In this document: piece after piece, positions 13,229-29,400 of the stretch
Position numbering within the stretch: position 1 is the first letter of the stretch
Layout: every line of letters begins with the position of its first letter
Assembly (NCBI GenBank): GCA_964057225.1
Contig: OZ059894.1
Location: forward strand, 24,665,151-24,729,150
Length of the DNA: 64,000 bases
Source: Auanema rhodensis
Lineage: Eukaryota > Animalia > Nematoda
Reading direction: 5' to 3'
Notes under the pieces: model-generated
What the model was told of the DNA's origin: nothing
Databases searched by the model: none
Seen by the model: the letters and a program-made list of their open reading frames with translations, nothing else
Program-made: the position numbers and the translations under genes

Positions 13229-16200
13229 GCATGGTAACCATGACTTTGAAATTTACGTGAACTTTAATTTATGCTAATTAAATGTACACGTGATGTGCAC
13301 TTGGTATGTAACTCGCTTCACGTGAAAGATAAAGAGATGCGGTTTTCAAAATTAGATTCCCCATGTCCATATTAGTCTAAAAACAAATTTTTATTGATAT
13401 TGGTGCATGGTAACCATGACTTTGAAATTTACGTGAACTTTAATTTATGCTAATTAAATGTACACGTGATGTGCACTTGGTATGTAACTCGCTTCACGTG
13501 AAAGATAAAGAGATGCGGTTTTCAAAATTAGATTCCCCATGTCCATATTAGTCTAAAAACAAATTTTTATTGATATTGGTGCATGGTAACCATGACTTTG
13601 AAATTTACGTGAACTTTAATTTATGCTAATTAAATGTACACGTGATGTGCACTTGGTATGTAACTCGCTTCACGTGAAAGATGAAGAGATGCGGTTTTCA
13701 AAATTAGATTCCCCATGTCCATATTAGTCTAAAAACAAATTTTTATTGATATTGGTGCATGGTAACCATGACTTTGAAATTTACGTGAACTTTAATTTAT
13801 GCTAATTAAATGTACACGTGATGTGCACTTGGTATGTAACTCGCTTCACGTGAAAGATAAAGAGATGCGGTTTTCAAAATTAGATTCCCCATGTCCATAT
13901 TAGTCTAAAAACAAATTTTTATTGATATTGGTGCATGGTAACCATGACTTTGAAATTTACGTGAACTTTAATTTATGCTAATTAAATGTACACGTGATGT
14001 GCACTTGGTATGTAACTCGCTTCACGTGAAAGATAAAGAGATGCGGTTTTCAAAATTAGATTCCCCATGTCCATATTAGTCTAAAAATAAATTTTTATTG
14101 ATATTGGTTCATGGTAACCATGACTTTGAAATTTACGTGAACTTTAATTTATGCTAATTAAATGTACACGTGATGTGCACTTGGTATGTAACTCGCTTCA
14201 CGTGAAAGATGAAGAGATGCGGTTTTCAAAATTAGATTCCCCATGTCCATATTAGTCTAAAAACAAATTTTTATTGATATTGGTGCATGGTAACCATGAC
14301 TTTGAAATTTACGTGAACTTTAATTTATGCTAATTAAATGTACACGTGATGTGCACTTGGTATGTAACTCGCTTCACGTGAAAGATAAAGAGATGCGGTT
14401 TTCAAAATTAGATTCCCCATGTCCATATTAGTCTAAAAACAAATTTTTATTGATATTGGTTCATGGTAACCATGACTTTGAAATTTACGTGAACTTTAAT
14501 TTATGCTAATTAAATGTACACGTGATGTGCACTTGGTATGTAACTCGCTTCACGTGAAAGATAAAGAGATGCGGTTTTCAAAATTAGATTCCCCATGTCC
14601 ATATTAGTCTAAAAACAAATTTTTATTGATATTGGTGCATGGTAACCATGACTTTGAAATTTACGTGAACTTTAATTTATGCTAATTAAATGTACACGTG
14701 ATGTGCACTTGGTATGTAACTCGCTTCACGTGAAAGATAAAGAGATGCGGTTTTCAAAATTAGATTCCCCATGTCCATATTAGTCTAAAAACAAATTTTT
14801 ATTGATATTGGTTCATGGTAACCATGACTTTGAAATTTACGTGAACTTTAATTTATGCTAATTAAATGTACACGTGATGTGCACTTGGTATGTAACTCGC
14901 TTCACGTGAAAGATAAAGAGATGCGGTTTTCAAAATTAGATTCCCCATGTCCATATTAGTCTAAAAACAAATTTTTATTGATATTGGTGCATGGTAACCA
15001 TGACTTTGAAATTTACGTGAACTTTAATTTATGCTAATTAAATGTACACGTGATGTGCACTTGGTATGTAACTCGCTTCACGTGAAAGATAAAGAGATGC
15101 GGTTTTCAAAATTAGATTCCCCATGTCCATATTAGTCTAAAAACAAATTTTTATTGATATTGGTTCATGGTAACCATGACTTTGAAATTTACGTGAACTT
15201 TAATTTATGCTAATTAAATGTACACGTGATGTGCACTTGGTATGTAACTCGCTTCACGTGAAAGATAAAGAGATGCGGTTTTCAAAATTAGATTCCCCAT
15301 GTCCATATTAGTCTAAAAACAAATTTTTATTGATATTGGTGCATGGTAACCATGACTTTGAAATTTACGTGAACTTTAATTTATGCTAATTAATTGTACA
15401 CGTGATGTGCACTTGGTATGTAACTCGCTTCACGTGAAAGATAAAGAGATGCGGTTTTCAAAATTAGATTCCCCATGTCCATATTAGTCTAAAAACAAAT
15501 TTTTATTGATATTGGTGCATGGTAACCATGACTTTGAAATTTACGTGAACTTTAATTTATGCTAATTAAATGTACACGTGATGTGCACTTGGTATGTAAC
15601 TCGCTTCACGTGAAAGATGAAGAGATGCGGTTTTCAAAATTAGATTCCCCATGTCCATATTAGTCTAAAAACAAATTTTTATTGATATTGGTGCATGGTA
15701 ACCATGACTTTGAAATTTACGTGAACTTTAATTTATGCTAATTAAATGTACACGTGATGTGCACTTGGTATGTAACTCGCTTCACGTGAAAGATAAAGAG
15801 ATGCGGTTTTCAAAATTAGATTCCCCATGTCCATATTAGTCTAAAAACAAATTTTTATTGATATTGGTTCATGGTAACCATGACTTTGAAATTTACGTGA
15901 ACTTTAATTTATGCTAATTAAATGTACACGTGATGTGCACTTGGTATGTAACTCGCTTCACGTGAAAGATAAAGAGATGCGGTTTTCAAAATTAGATTCC
16001 CCATGTCCATATTAGTCTAAAAACAAATTTTTATTGATATTGGTTCATGGTAACCATGACTTTGAAATTTACGTGAACTTTAATTTATGCTAATTAAATG
16101 TACACGTGATGTGCACTTGGTATGTAACTCGCTTCACGTGAAAGATAAAGAGATGCGGTTTTCAAAATTAGATTTCCCATGTCCATATTAGTCTAAAAAC

Positions 16201-19200
16201 AAATTTTTATTGATATTGGTGCATGGTAACCATGACTTTGAAATTTACGTGAACTTTAATTTATGCTAATTAAATGTACACGTCATGTGCACTTGGTATG
16301 TAACTCGCTTCACGTGAAAGGTAAAGAGATGCGGTTTTCAAAATTAGATTCCCCATGTCCATATTAGTCTAAAAACAAATTTTTATTTATATTGATTCAT
16401 GGTAACCATGACTTTGAAATTTACGTGAACTTTAATTTATGCTAATTAAATGTACACGTGATGTGCACTTGGTATGTAACTCGCTTCACGTGAAAGATAA
16501 AGAGATGCGGTTTTCAAAATTAGATTCCCCATGTCCATATTAGTCTAAAAACAAATTTTTAGTGATATTGGTTCATGGTAACCATGACTTTGAAATTTAC
16601 GTGAACTTTAATTTATGCTAATTAAATGTACACGTGATGTGCACTTGGTATGTAACTCGCTTCACGTGAAAGATAAAGAGATGCGGTTTTCAAAATTAGA
16701 TTCCCCATGTCCATATTAGTCTAAAAACAAATTTTTATTGATATTGGTTCATGGTAACCATGACTTTGAAATTTACGTGAACTTTAATTTATGCTAATTA
16801 AATGTACACGTGATGTGCACTTGGTATGTAACTCGCTTCACGTGAAAGATAAAGAGATGCGGTTTTCAAAATTAGATTCCCCATGTCCATATTAGTCTAA
16901 AAACAAATTTTTATTGATATTGGTGCATGGTAACCATGACTTTGAAATTTACGTGAACTTTAATTTATGCTAATTAAATGTACACGTGATGTGCACTTGG
17001 TATGTAACTCGCTTCACGTGAAAGATGAAGAGATGCGGTTTTCAAAATTAGATTCCCCATGTCCATATTAGTCTAAAAACAAATTTTTATTGATATTGGT
17101 GCATGGTAACCATGACTTTGAAATTTACGTGAACTTTAATTTATGCTAATTAAATGTACACGTGATGTGCACTTGGTATGTAACTCGCTTCACGTGAAAG
17201 ATAAAGAGATGCGGTTTTCAAAATTAGATTCCCCATGTCCATATTAGTCTAAAAACAAATTTTTATTGATATTGGTGCATGGTAACCATGACTTTGAAAT
17301 TTACGTGAACTTTAATTTATGCTAATTAAATGTACACGTGATGTGCACTTGGTATGTAACTCGCTTCACGTGAAAGATAAAGAGATGCGGTTTTCAAAAT
17401 TAGATTCCCCATGTCCATATTAGTCTAAAAACAAATTTTTATTGATATTGGTGCATGGTAACCATGACTTTGAAATTTACGTGAACTTTAATTTATGCTA
17501 ATTAAATGTACACGTGATGTGCACTTGGTATGTAACTCGCTTCACGTGAAAGATAAAGAGATGCGGTTTTCAAAATTAGATTCCCCATGTCCATATTAGT
17601 CTAAAAACAAATTTTTATTGATATTGGTGCATGGTAACCATGACTTTGAAATTTACGTGAACTTTAATTTATGCTAATTAAATGTACACGTGATGTGCAC
17701 TTGGTATGTAACTCGCTTCACGTGAAAGATAAAGAGATGCGGTTTTCAAAATTAGATTCCCCATGTCCATATTAGTCTAAAAACAAATTTTTATTGATAT
17801 TGGTGCATGGTAACCATGACTTTGAAATTTACGTGAACTTTAATTTATGCTAATTAAATGTACACGTGATGTGCACTTGGTATGTAACTCGCTTCACGTG
17901 AAAGATAAAGAGATGCGGTTTTCAAAATTAGATTCCCCATGTCCATATTAGTCTAAAAACAAATTTTTATTGATATTGGTTCATGGTAACCATGACTTTG
18001 AAATTTACGTGAACTTTAATTTATGCTAATTAAATGTACACGTGATGTGCACTTGGTATGTAACTCGCTTCACGTGAAAGATAAAGAGATGCGGTTTTCA
18101 AAATTAGATTCCCCATGTCCATATTAGTCTAAAAACAAATTTTTATTGATATTGGTGCATGGTAACCATGACTTTGAAATTTACGTGAACTTTAATTTAT
18201 GCTAATTAAATGTACACGTGATGTGCACTTGGTATGTAACTCGCTTCACGTGAAAGATAAAGAGATGCGGTTTTCAAAATTAGATTCCCCATGTCCATAT
18301 TAGTCTAAAAACAAATTTTTATTGATATTGGTGCATGGTAACCATGACTTTGAAATTTACGTGAACTTTAATTTATGCTAATTAAATGTACACGTGATGT
18401 GCACTTGGTATGTAACTCGCTTCACGTGAAAGATAAAGAGATGCGGTTTTCAAAATTAGATTCCCCATGTCCATATTAGTCTAAAAACAAATTTTTATTG
18501 ATATTGGTGCATGGTAACCATGACTTTGAAATTTACGTGAACTTTAATTTATGCTAATTAAATGTACACGTGATGTGCACTTGGTATGTAACTCGCTTCA
18601 CGTGAAAGATAAAGAGATGCGGTTTTCAAAATTAGATTCCCCATGTCCATATTAGTCTAAAAACAAATTTTTATTGATATTGGTTCATGGTAACCATGAC
18701 TTTGAAATTTACGTGAACTTTAATTTATGCTAATTAAATGTACACGTGATGTGCACTTGGTATGTAACTCGCTTCACGTGAAAGATAAAGAGATGCGGTT
18801 TTCAAAATTAGATTCCCCATGTCCATATTAGTCTAAAAACAAATTTTTATTGATATTGGTGCATGGTAACCATGACTTTGAAATTTACGTGAACTTTAAT
18901 TTATGCTAATTAAATGTACACGTGATGTGCACTTGGTATGTAACTCGCTTCACGTGAAAGATAAAGAGATGCGGTTTTCAAAATTAGATTCCCCATGTCC
19001 ATATTAGTCTAAAAACAAATTTTTATTGATATTGGTTCATGGTAACCATGACTTTGAAATTTACGTGAACTTTAATTTATGCTAATTAAATGTACACGTG
19101 ATGTGCACTTGGTATGTAACTCGCTTCACGTGAAAGATAAAGAGATGCGGTTTTCAAAATTAGATTCCCCATGTCCATATTAGTCTAAAAACAAATTTTT

Positions 19201-22200
19201 ATTGATATTGGTGCATGGTAACCATGACTTTGAAATTTACGTGAACTTTAATTTATGCTAATTAAATGTACACGTGATGTGCACTTGGTATGTAACTCGC
19301 TTCACGTGAAAGATAAAGAGATGCGGTTTTCAAAATTAGATTCCCCATGTCCATATTAGTCTAAAAACAAATTTTTATTAATATTGGTGCATGGTAACCA
19401 TGACTTTGAAATTTACGTGAACTTTAATTTATGCTAATTAAATGTACACGTGATGTGCACTTGGTATGTAACTCGCTTCACGTGAAAGATAAAGAGATGC
19501 GGTTTTCAAAATTAGATTCCCCATGTCCATATTAGTCTAAAAACAAATTTTTATTGATATTGGTTCATGGTAACCATGACTTTGAAATTTACGTGAACTT
19601 TAATTTATGCTAATTAAATGTACACGTGATGTGCACTTGGTATGTAACTCGCTTCACGTGAAAGATAAAGAGATGCGGTTTTCAAAATTAGATTCCCCAT
19701 GTCCATATTAGTCTAAAAACAAATTTTTATTGATATTGGTTCATGGTAACCATGACTTTGAAATTTACGTGAACTTTAATTTATGCTAATTAAATGTACA
19801 CGTGATGTGCACTTGGTATGTAACTCGCTTCACGTGAAAGATAAAGAGATGCGGTTTTCAAAATTAGATTCCCCATGTCCATATTAGTCTAAAAACAAAT
19901 TTTTATTGATATTGGTGCATGGTAACCATGACTTTGAAATTTACGTGAACTTTAATTTATGCTAATTAAATGTACACGTGATGTGCACTTGGTATGTAAC
20001 TCGCTTCACGTGAAAGATAAAGAGATGCGGTTTTCAAAATTAGATTCCCCATGTCCATATTAGTCTAAAAACAAATTTTTATTGATATTGGTGCATGGTA
20101 ACCATGACTTTGAAATTTACGTGAACTTTAATTTATGCTAATTAAATGTACACGTGATGTGCACTTGGTATGTAACTCGCTTCACGTGAAAGATAAAGAG
20201 ATGCGGTTTTCAAAATTAGATTCCCCATGTCCATATTAGTCTAAAAACAAATTTTTATTGATATTGGTTCATGGTAACCATGACTTTGAAATTTACGTGA
20301 ACTTTAATTTATGCTAATTAAATGTACACGTGATGTGCACTTGGTATGTAACTCGCTTCACGTGAAAGATAAAGAGATGCGGTTTTCAAAATTAGATTCC
20401 CCATGTCCATATTAGTCTAAAAACAAATTTTTATCGATATTGGTGCATGGTAACCATGACTTTGAAATTTACGTGAACTTTAATTTATGCTAATTAAATG
20501 TACACGTGATGTGCACTTGGTATGTAACTCGCTTCACGTGAAAGATGAAGAGATGCGGTTTTCAAAATTAGATTCCCCATGTCCATATTAGTCTAAAAAC
20601 AAATTTTTATTGATATTGGTGCATGGTAACCATGACTTTGAAATTTACGTGAACTTTAATTTATGCTAATTAAATGTACACGTGATGTGCACTTGGTATG
20701 TAACTCGCTTCACGTGAAAGATAAAGAGATGCGGTTTTCAAAATTAGATTCCCCATGTCCATATTAGTCTAAAAACAAATTTTTATTGATATTGGTTCAT
20801 GGTAACCATGACTTTGAAATTTACGTGAACTTTAATTTATGCTAATTAAATGTACACGTGATGTGCACTTGGTATGTAACTCGCTTCACGTGAAAGATAA
20901 AGAGATGCGGTTTTCAAAATTAGATTCCCCATGTCCATATTAGTCTAAAAACAAATTTTTATTGATATTGGTTCATGGTAACCATGACTTTGAAATTTAC
21001 GTGAACTTTAATTTATGCTAATTAAATGTACACGTGATGTGCACTTGGTATGTAACTCGCTTCACGTGAAAGATAAAGAGATGCGGTTTTCAAAATTAGA
21101 TTCCCCATGTCCATATTAGTCTAAAAACAAATTTTTATTGATATTGGTTCATGGTAACCATGACTTTGAAATTTACGTGAACTTTAATTTATGCTAATTA
21201 AATGTACACGTGATGTGCACTTGGTATGTAACTCGCTTCACGTGAAAGATAAAGAGATGCGGTTTTCAAAATTAGATTCCCCATGTCCATATTAGTCTAA
21301 AAACAAATTTTTATTGATATTGGTTCATGGTAACCATGACTTTGAAATTTACGTGAACTTTAATTTATGCTAATTAAATGTACACGTGATGTGCACTTGG
21401 TATGTAACTCGCTTCACGTGAAAGATGAAGAGATGCGGTTTTCAAAATTAGATTCCCCATGTCCATATTAGTCTAAAAACAAATTTTTATTGATATTGGT
21501 GCATGGTAACCATGACTTTGAAATTTACGTGAACTTTAATTTATGCTAATTAAATGTACACGTGATGTGCACTTGGTATGTAACTCGCTTCACGTGAAAG
21601 ATAAAGAGATGCGGTTTTCAAAATTAGATTCCCCATGTCCATATTAGTCTAAAAACAAATTTTTATTGATATTGGTTCATGGTAACCATGACTTTGAAAT
21701 TTACGTGAACTTTAATTTATGCTAATTAAATGTACACGTGATGTGCACTTGGTATGTAACTCGCTTCACGTGAAAGATAAAGAGATGCGGTTTTCAAAAT
21801 TAGATTCCCCATGTCCATATTAGTCTAAAAACAAATTTTTATTGATATTGGTGCATGGTAACCATGACTTTGAAATTTACGTGAACTTTAATTTATGCTA
21901 ATTAAATGTACACTTGATGTACACTTGGTATGTAACTCGCTTCACGTGAAAGATAAAGAGATGCGATTTTCAAAATTAGAATCCCCATGTCCATATTAGT
22001 CTAAAAACAAATTTTTATTGATATTGGTTCATGGTAACCATGACTTTGAAATTTACGTGAACTTTAATTTATGCTAATTAAATGTACACGTGATGTGCAC
22101 TTGGTATGTAACTCGCTTCACGTGAAAGATGAAGAGATGCGGTTTTCAAAATTAGATTCCCCATGTCCATATTAGTCTAAAAACAAATTTTTATTGATAT

Positions 22201-25200
22201 TGGTGCATGGTAACCATGACTTTGAAATTTACGTGAACTTTAATTTATGCTAATTAAATGTACACGTGATGTGCACTTGGTATGTAACTCGCTTCACGTG
22301 AAAGATAAAGAGATGCGGTTTTCAAAATTAGATTCCCCATGTCCATATTAGTCTAAAAACAAATTTTTATTGATATTGGTTCATGGTAACCATGACTTTG
22401 AAATTTACGTGAACTTTAATTTATGCTAATTAAATGTACACGTGATGTGCACTTGGTATGTAACTCGCTTCACGTGAAAGATAAAGAGATGCGGTTTTCA
22501 AAATTAGATTCCCCATGTCCATATTAGTCTAAAAACAAATTTTTATTGATATTGGTTCATGGTAACCATGACTTTGAAATTTACGTGAACTTTAATTTAT
22601 GCTAATTAAATGTACACGTGATGTGCACTTGGTATGTAACTCGCTTCACGTGAAAGATAAAGAGATGCGGTTTTCAAAATTAGATTCCCCATGTCCATAT
22701 TAGTCTAAAAACAAATTTTTATTGATATTGGTGCATGGTAACCATGACTTTGAAATTTACGTGAACTTTAATTTATGCTAATTAAATGTACACTTGATGT
22801 ACACTTGGTATGTAACTCGCTTCACGTGAAAGATAAAGAGATGCGATTTTCAAAATTAGAATCCCCATGTCCATATTAGTCTAAAAACAAATTTTTATTG
22901 ATATTGGTTCATGGTAACCATGACTTTGAAATTTACGTGAACTTTAATTTATGCTAATTAAATGTACACGTGATGTGCACTTGGTATGTAACTCGCTTCA
23001 CGTGAAAGATGAAGAGATGCGGTTTTCAAAATTAGATTCCCCATGTCCATATTAGTCTAAAAACAAATTTTTATTGATATTGGTTCATGGTAACCATGAC
23101 TTTGAAATTTACGTGAACTTTAATTTATGCTAATTAAATGTACACGTGATGTGCACTTGGTATGTAACTCGCTTCACGTGAAAGATAAAGAGATGCGGTT
23201 TTCAAAATTAGATTCCCCATGTCCATATTAGTCTAAAAACAAATTTTTATTGATATTGGTTCATGGTAACCATGACTTTGAAATTTACGTGAACTTTAAT
23301 TTATGCTAATTAAATGTACACGTGATGTGCACTTGGTATGTAACTCGCTTCACGTGAAAGATAAAGAGATGCGGTTTTCAAAATTAGATTCCCCATGTCC
23401 ATATTAGTCTAAAAACAAATTTTTATTGATATTGGTGCATGGTAACCATGACTTTGAAATTTACGTGAACTTTAATTTATGCTAATTAAATGTACACTTG
23501 ATGTACACTTGGTATGTAACTCGCTTCACGTGAAAGATAAAGAGATGCGATTTTCAAAATTAGAATCCCCATGTCCATATTAGTCTAAAAACAAATTTTT
23601 ATTGATATTGGTGCATGGTAACCATGACTTTGAAATTTACGTGAACTTTAATTTATGCTAATTAAATGTACACGTGATGTGCACTTGGTATGTAACTCGC
23701 TTCACGTGAAAGATAAAGAGATGCGGTTTTCAAAATTAGATTCCCCATGTCCATATTAGTCTAAAAACAAATTTTTATTGATATTGGTTCATGGTAACCA
23801 TGACTTTGAAATTTACGTGAACTTTAATTTATGCTAATTAAATGTACACGTGATGTGCACTTGGTATGTAACTCGCTTCACGTGAAAGATAAAGAGATGC
23901 GGTTTTCAAAATTAGATTCCCCATGTCCATATTAGTCTAAAAACAAATTTTTATTGATATTGCTTCATGGTAACCATGACTTTGAAATTTACGTGAACTT
24001 TAATTTATGCTAATTAAATGTACACGTGATGTGCACTTGGTATGTAACTCGCTTCACGTGAAAGATAAAGAGATGCGGTTTTCAAAATTAGATTCCCCAT
24101 GTCCATATTAGTATAAAAACAAATTTTTATTGATATTGGTTCATGGTAACCATGACTTTGAAATTTACGTGAACTTTAATTTATGCTAATTAAATGTACA
24201 CGTGATGTGCACTTGGTATGTAACTCGCTTCACGTGAAAGATAAAGAGATGCGGTATTCTAAATTAGATTCCCCATGTCCATATTAGTCTAAAAACAAAT
24301 TTTTATTGATATTGGTGCATGGTAACCATGACTTTGAAATTTACGTGAACTTTAATTTATGCTAATTAAATGTACACGTGATGTGCACTTGGTATGTAAC
24401 TCGCTTCACGTGAAAGATAAAGAGATGCGGTTTTCAAAATTAGATTCCCCATGTCCATATTAGTCTAAAAACAAATTTTTATTGATATTGCTTCATGGTA
24501 ACCATGACTTTGAAATTTACGTGAACTTTAATTTATGCTAATTAAATGTACACGTGATGTGCACTTGGTATGTAACTCGCTTCACGTGAAAGATAAAGAG
24601 ATGCGGTTTTCAAAATTAGATTCCCCATGTCCATATTAGTCTAAAAACAAATTTTTATTGATATTGGTGCATGGTAACCATGACTTTGAAATTTACGTGA
24701 ACTTTAATTTATGCTAATTAAATGTACACGTGATGTGCACTTGGTATGTAACTCGCTTCACGTGAAAGATGAAGAGATGCGGTTTTCAAAATTAGATTCC
24801 CCATGTCCATATTAGTCTAAAAACAAATTTTTATTGATATTGGTGCATGGTAACCATGACTTTGAAATTTACGTGAACTTTAATTTATGCTAATTAAATG
24901 TACACGTGATGTGCACTTGGTATGTAACTCGCTTCACGTGAAAGATAAAGAGATGCGGTTTTCAAAATTAGATTCCCCATGTCCATATTAGTCTAAAAAC
25001 AAATTTTTATTGATATTGGTTCATGGTAACCATGACTTTGAAATTTACGTGAACTTTAATTTATGCTAATTAAATGTACACGTGATGTGCACTTGGTATG
25101 TAACTCGCTTCACGGGAAAGATAAAGAGATGCGGTTTTCAAAATTAGATTCCCCATGTCCATATTAGTCTAAAAACAAATTTTTATTGATATTGGTTCAT

Positions 25201-26252
25201 GGTAACCATGACTTTGAAATTTACGTGAACTTTAATTTATGCTAATTAAATGTACACGTGATGTGCACTTGGTATGTAACTCGCTTCACGTGAAAGATAA
25301 AGAGATGCGGTTTTCAAAATTAGATTCCCCATGTCCATATTAGTCTAAAAACAAATTTTTATTGATATTGGTGCATGGTAACCATGACTTTGAAATTTAC
25401 GTGAACTTTAATTTATGCTAATTAAATGTACACGTGATGTGCACTTGGTATGTAACTCGCTTCACGTGAAAGATAAAGAGATGCGGTTTTCAAAATTAGA
25501 TTCCCCATGTCCATATTAGTCTAAAAACAAATTTTTATTGATATTGGTGCATGGTAACCATGACTTTGAAATTTACGTGAACTTTAATTTATGCTAATTA
25601 AATGTACACGTGATGTGCACTTGGTATGTAACTCGCTTCACGTGAAAGATGAAGAGATGCGGTTTTCAAAATTAGATTCCCCATGTCCATATTAGTCTAA
25701 AAACAAATTTTTATTGATATTGGTGCATGGTAACCATGACTTTGAAATTTACGTGAACTTTAATTTATGCTAATTAAATGTACACGTGATGTGCACTTGG
25801 TATGTAACTCGCTTCACGTGAAAGATAAAGAGATGCGGTTTTCAAAATTAGATTCCCCATGTCCATATTAGTCTAAAAACAAATTTTTATTGATATTGGT
25901 TCATGGTAACCATGACTTTGAAATTTACGTGAACTTTAATTTATGCTAATTAAATGTACACGTGATGTGCACTTGGTATGTAACTCGCTTCACGTGAAAG
26001 ATAAAGAGATGCGGTTTTCAAAATTAGATTCCCCATGTCCATATTAGTCTAAAAACAAATTTTTATTGATATTGGTTCATGGTAACCATGACTTTGAAAT
26101 TTACGTGAACTTTAATTCATGCTAATTAAATGTACACGTGATGTGCACTTGGTATGTAACTCGCTTCACGTGAAAGATAAAGAGATGCGGTTTTCAAAAT
26201 TAGATTCCCCATGTCCATATTAGTCTAAAAACAAATTTTTATTGATATTGGT

Positions 26253-26454
26253 GCATGGTAACCATGACTTTGAAATTTACGTGAACTTTAATTTATGCTA
26301 ATTAAATGTACACTAGATGTACACTTGGTATGTAACTCGCTTCACGTGAAAGATAAAGAGATGCGATTTTCGTGAAAGGTAAAGAGATGCGGTTTTCAAA
26401 ATTAGATTCCCCATGTCCATATTAGTCTAAAAACAAATTTTTATTGATATTGGT
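26253..26454. repeat. 202-bp chimeric monomer, copy 1 (26-bp imperfect duplication)
   Basis: CGTGAAAGATAAAGAGATGCGATTTT (26345-26370) is followed by CGTGAAAGGTAAAGAGATGCGGTTTT (26371-26396). Confidence 0.95.
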
Positions 26455-29400
26455 TCATGGTAACCATGACTTTGAAATTTACGTGAACTTTAATTTATGC
26501 TAATTAAATGTACACGTGATGTGCACTTGGTATGTAACTCGCTTCACGTGAAAGATAAAGAGATGCGGTTTTCAAAATTAGATTCCCCATGTCCATATTA
26601 GTCTAAAAACAAATTTTTATCGATATTGGTGCATGGTAACCATGACTTTGAAATTTACGTGAACTTTAATTTATGCTAATTAAATGTACACGTGATGTGC
26701 ACTTGGTATGTAACTCGCTTCACGTGAAAGATAAAGAGATGCGGTTTTCAAAATTAGATTCCCCATGTCCATATTAGTCTAAAAACAAATTTTTATTGAT
26801 ATTGGTTCATGGTAACCATGACTTTGAAATTTACGTGAACTTTAATTTATGCTAATTAAATGTACACGTGATGTGCACTTGGTATGTAACTCGCTTCACG
26901 TGAAAGATAAAGAGATGCGGTTTTCAAATTTAGATTCCCCATGTCCATATTAGTCTAAAAACAAATTTTTATCGATATTGGTGCATGGTAACCATGACTT
27001 TGAAATTTACGTGAACTTTAATTTATGCTAATTAAATGTACACGTGATGTGCACTTGGTATGTAACTCGCTTCACGTGAAAGATGAAGAGATGCGGTTTT
27101 CAAAATTAGATTCCCCATGTCCATATTAGTCTAAAAACAAATTTTTATTGATATTGGTGCATGGTAACCATGACTTTGAAATTTACGTGAACTTTAATTT
27201 ATGCTAATTAAATGTACACGTGATGTGCACTTGGTATGTAACTCGCTTCACGTGAAAGATAAAGAGATGCGGTTTTCAAAATTAGATTCCCCATGTCCAT
27301 ATTAGTCTAAAAACAAATTTTTATTGATATTGGTTCATGGTAACCATGACTTTGAAATTTACGTGAACTTTAATTTATGCTAATTAAATGTACACGTGAT
27401 GTGCACTTGGTATGTAACTCGCTTCACGTGAAAGATAAAGAGATGCGGTTTTCAAAATTAGATTCCCCATGTCCATATTAGTCTAAAAACAAATTTTTAT
27501 TGATATTGGTTCATGGTAACCATGACTTTGAAATTTACGTGAACTTTAATTTATGCTAATTAAATGTACACTTGATGTACACTTGGTATGTAACTCGCTT
27601 CACGTGAAAGATAAAGAGATGCGGTTTTCAAAATTAGATTCCCCATGTCCGTATTAGTCTAAAAACAAATTTTTATTGATATTGGTGCATGGTAACCATG
27701 ACTTTGAAATTTACGTGAACTTTAATTTATGCTAATTAAATGTACACTTGATGTACACTTGGTATGTAACTCGCTTCACGTGAAAGATAAAGAGATGCGA
27801 TTTTCAAAATTAGAATCCCCATGTCCATATTAGTCTAAAAACAAATTTTTATTGATATTGGTTCATGGTAACCATGACTTTGAAATTTACGTGAACTTTA
27901 ATTTATGCTAATTAAATGTACACGTGATGTGCACTTGGTATGTAACTCGCTTCACGTGAAAGATGAAGAGATGCGGTTTTCAAAATTAGATTCCCCATGT
28001 CCATATTAGTCTAAAAACAAATTTTTATTGATATTGGTGCATGGTAACCATGACTTTGAAATTTACGTGAACTTTAATTTATGCTAATTAAATGTACACG
28101 TGATGTGCACTTGGTATGTAACTCGCTTCACGTGAAAGATAAAGAGATGCGGTTTTCAAAATTAGATTCCCCATGTCCATATTAGTCTAAAAACAAATTT
28201 TTATTGATATTGGTTCATGGTAACCATGACTTTGAAATTTACGTGAACTTTAATTTATGCTAATTAAATGTACACGTGATGTGCACTTGGTATGTAACTC
28301 GCTTCACGTGAAAGATGAAGAGATGCGGTTTTCAAAATTAGATTCCCCATGTCCATATTAGTCTAAAAACAAATTTTTATTGATATTGGTGCATGGTAAC
28401 CATGACTTTGAAATTTACGTGAACTTTAATTTATGCTAATTAAATGTACACGTGATGTGCACTTGGTATGTAACTCGCTTCACGTGAAAGATAAAGAGAT
28501 GCGGTTTTCAAAATTAGATTCCCCATGTCCATATTAGTCTAAAAACAAATTTTTATTGATATTGGTTCATGGTAACCATGACTTTGAAATTTACGTGAAC
28601 TTTAATTTATGCTAATTAAATGTACACGTGATGTGCACTTGGTATGTAACTCGCTTCACGTGAAAGATAAAGAGATGCGGTTTTCAAAATTAGATTCCCC
28701 ATGTCCATATTAGTCTAAAAACAAATTTTTATTGATATTGGTTCATGGTAACCATGACTTTGAAATTTACGTGAACTTTAATTTATGCTAATTAAATGTA
28801 CACGTGATGTGCACTTGGTATGTAACTCGCTTCACGTGAAAGATAAAGAGATGCGGTTTTCAAAATTAGATTCCCCATGTCCATATTAGTCTAAAAACAA
28901 ATTTTTATTGATATTGGTGCATGGTAACCATGACTTTGAAATTTACGTGAACTTTAATTTATGCTAATTAAATGTACACTTGATGTACACTTGGTATGTA
29001 ACTCGCTTCACGTGAAAGATAAAGAGATGCGATTTTCAAAATTAGAATCCCCATGTCCATATTAGTCTAAAAACAAATTTTTATTGATATTGGTTCATGG
29101 TAACCATGACTTTGAAATTTACGTGAACTTTAATTTATGCTAATTAAATGTACACGTGATGTGCACTTGGTATGTAACTCGCTTCACGTGAAAGATAAAG
29201 AGATGCGGTTTTCAAAATTAGATTCCCCATGTCCATATTAGTCTAAAAACAAATTTTTATTGATATTGGTTCATGGTAACCATGACTTTGAAATTTACGT
29301 GAACTTTAATTTATGCTAATTAAATGTACACGTGATGTGCACTTGGTATGTAACTCGCTTCACGTGAAAGATAAAGAGATGCGGTTTTCAAAATTAGATT

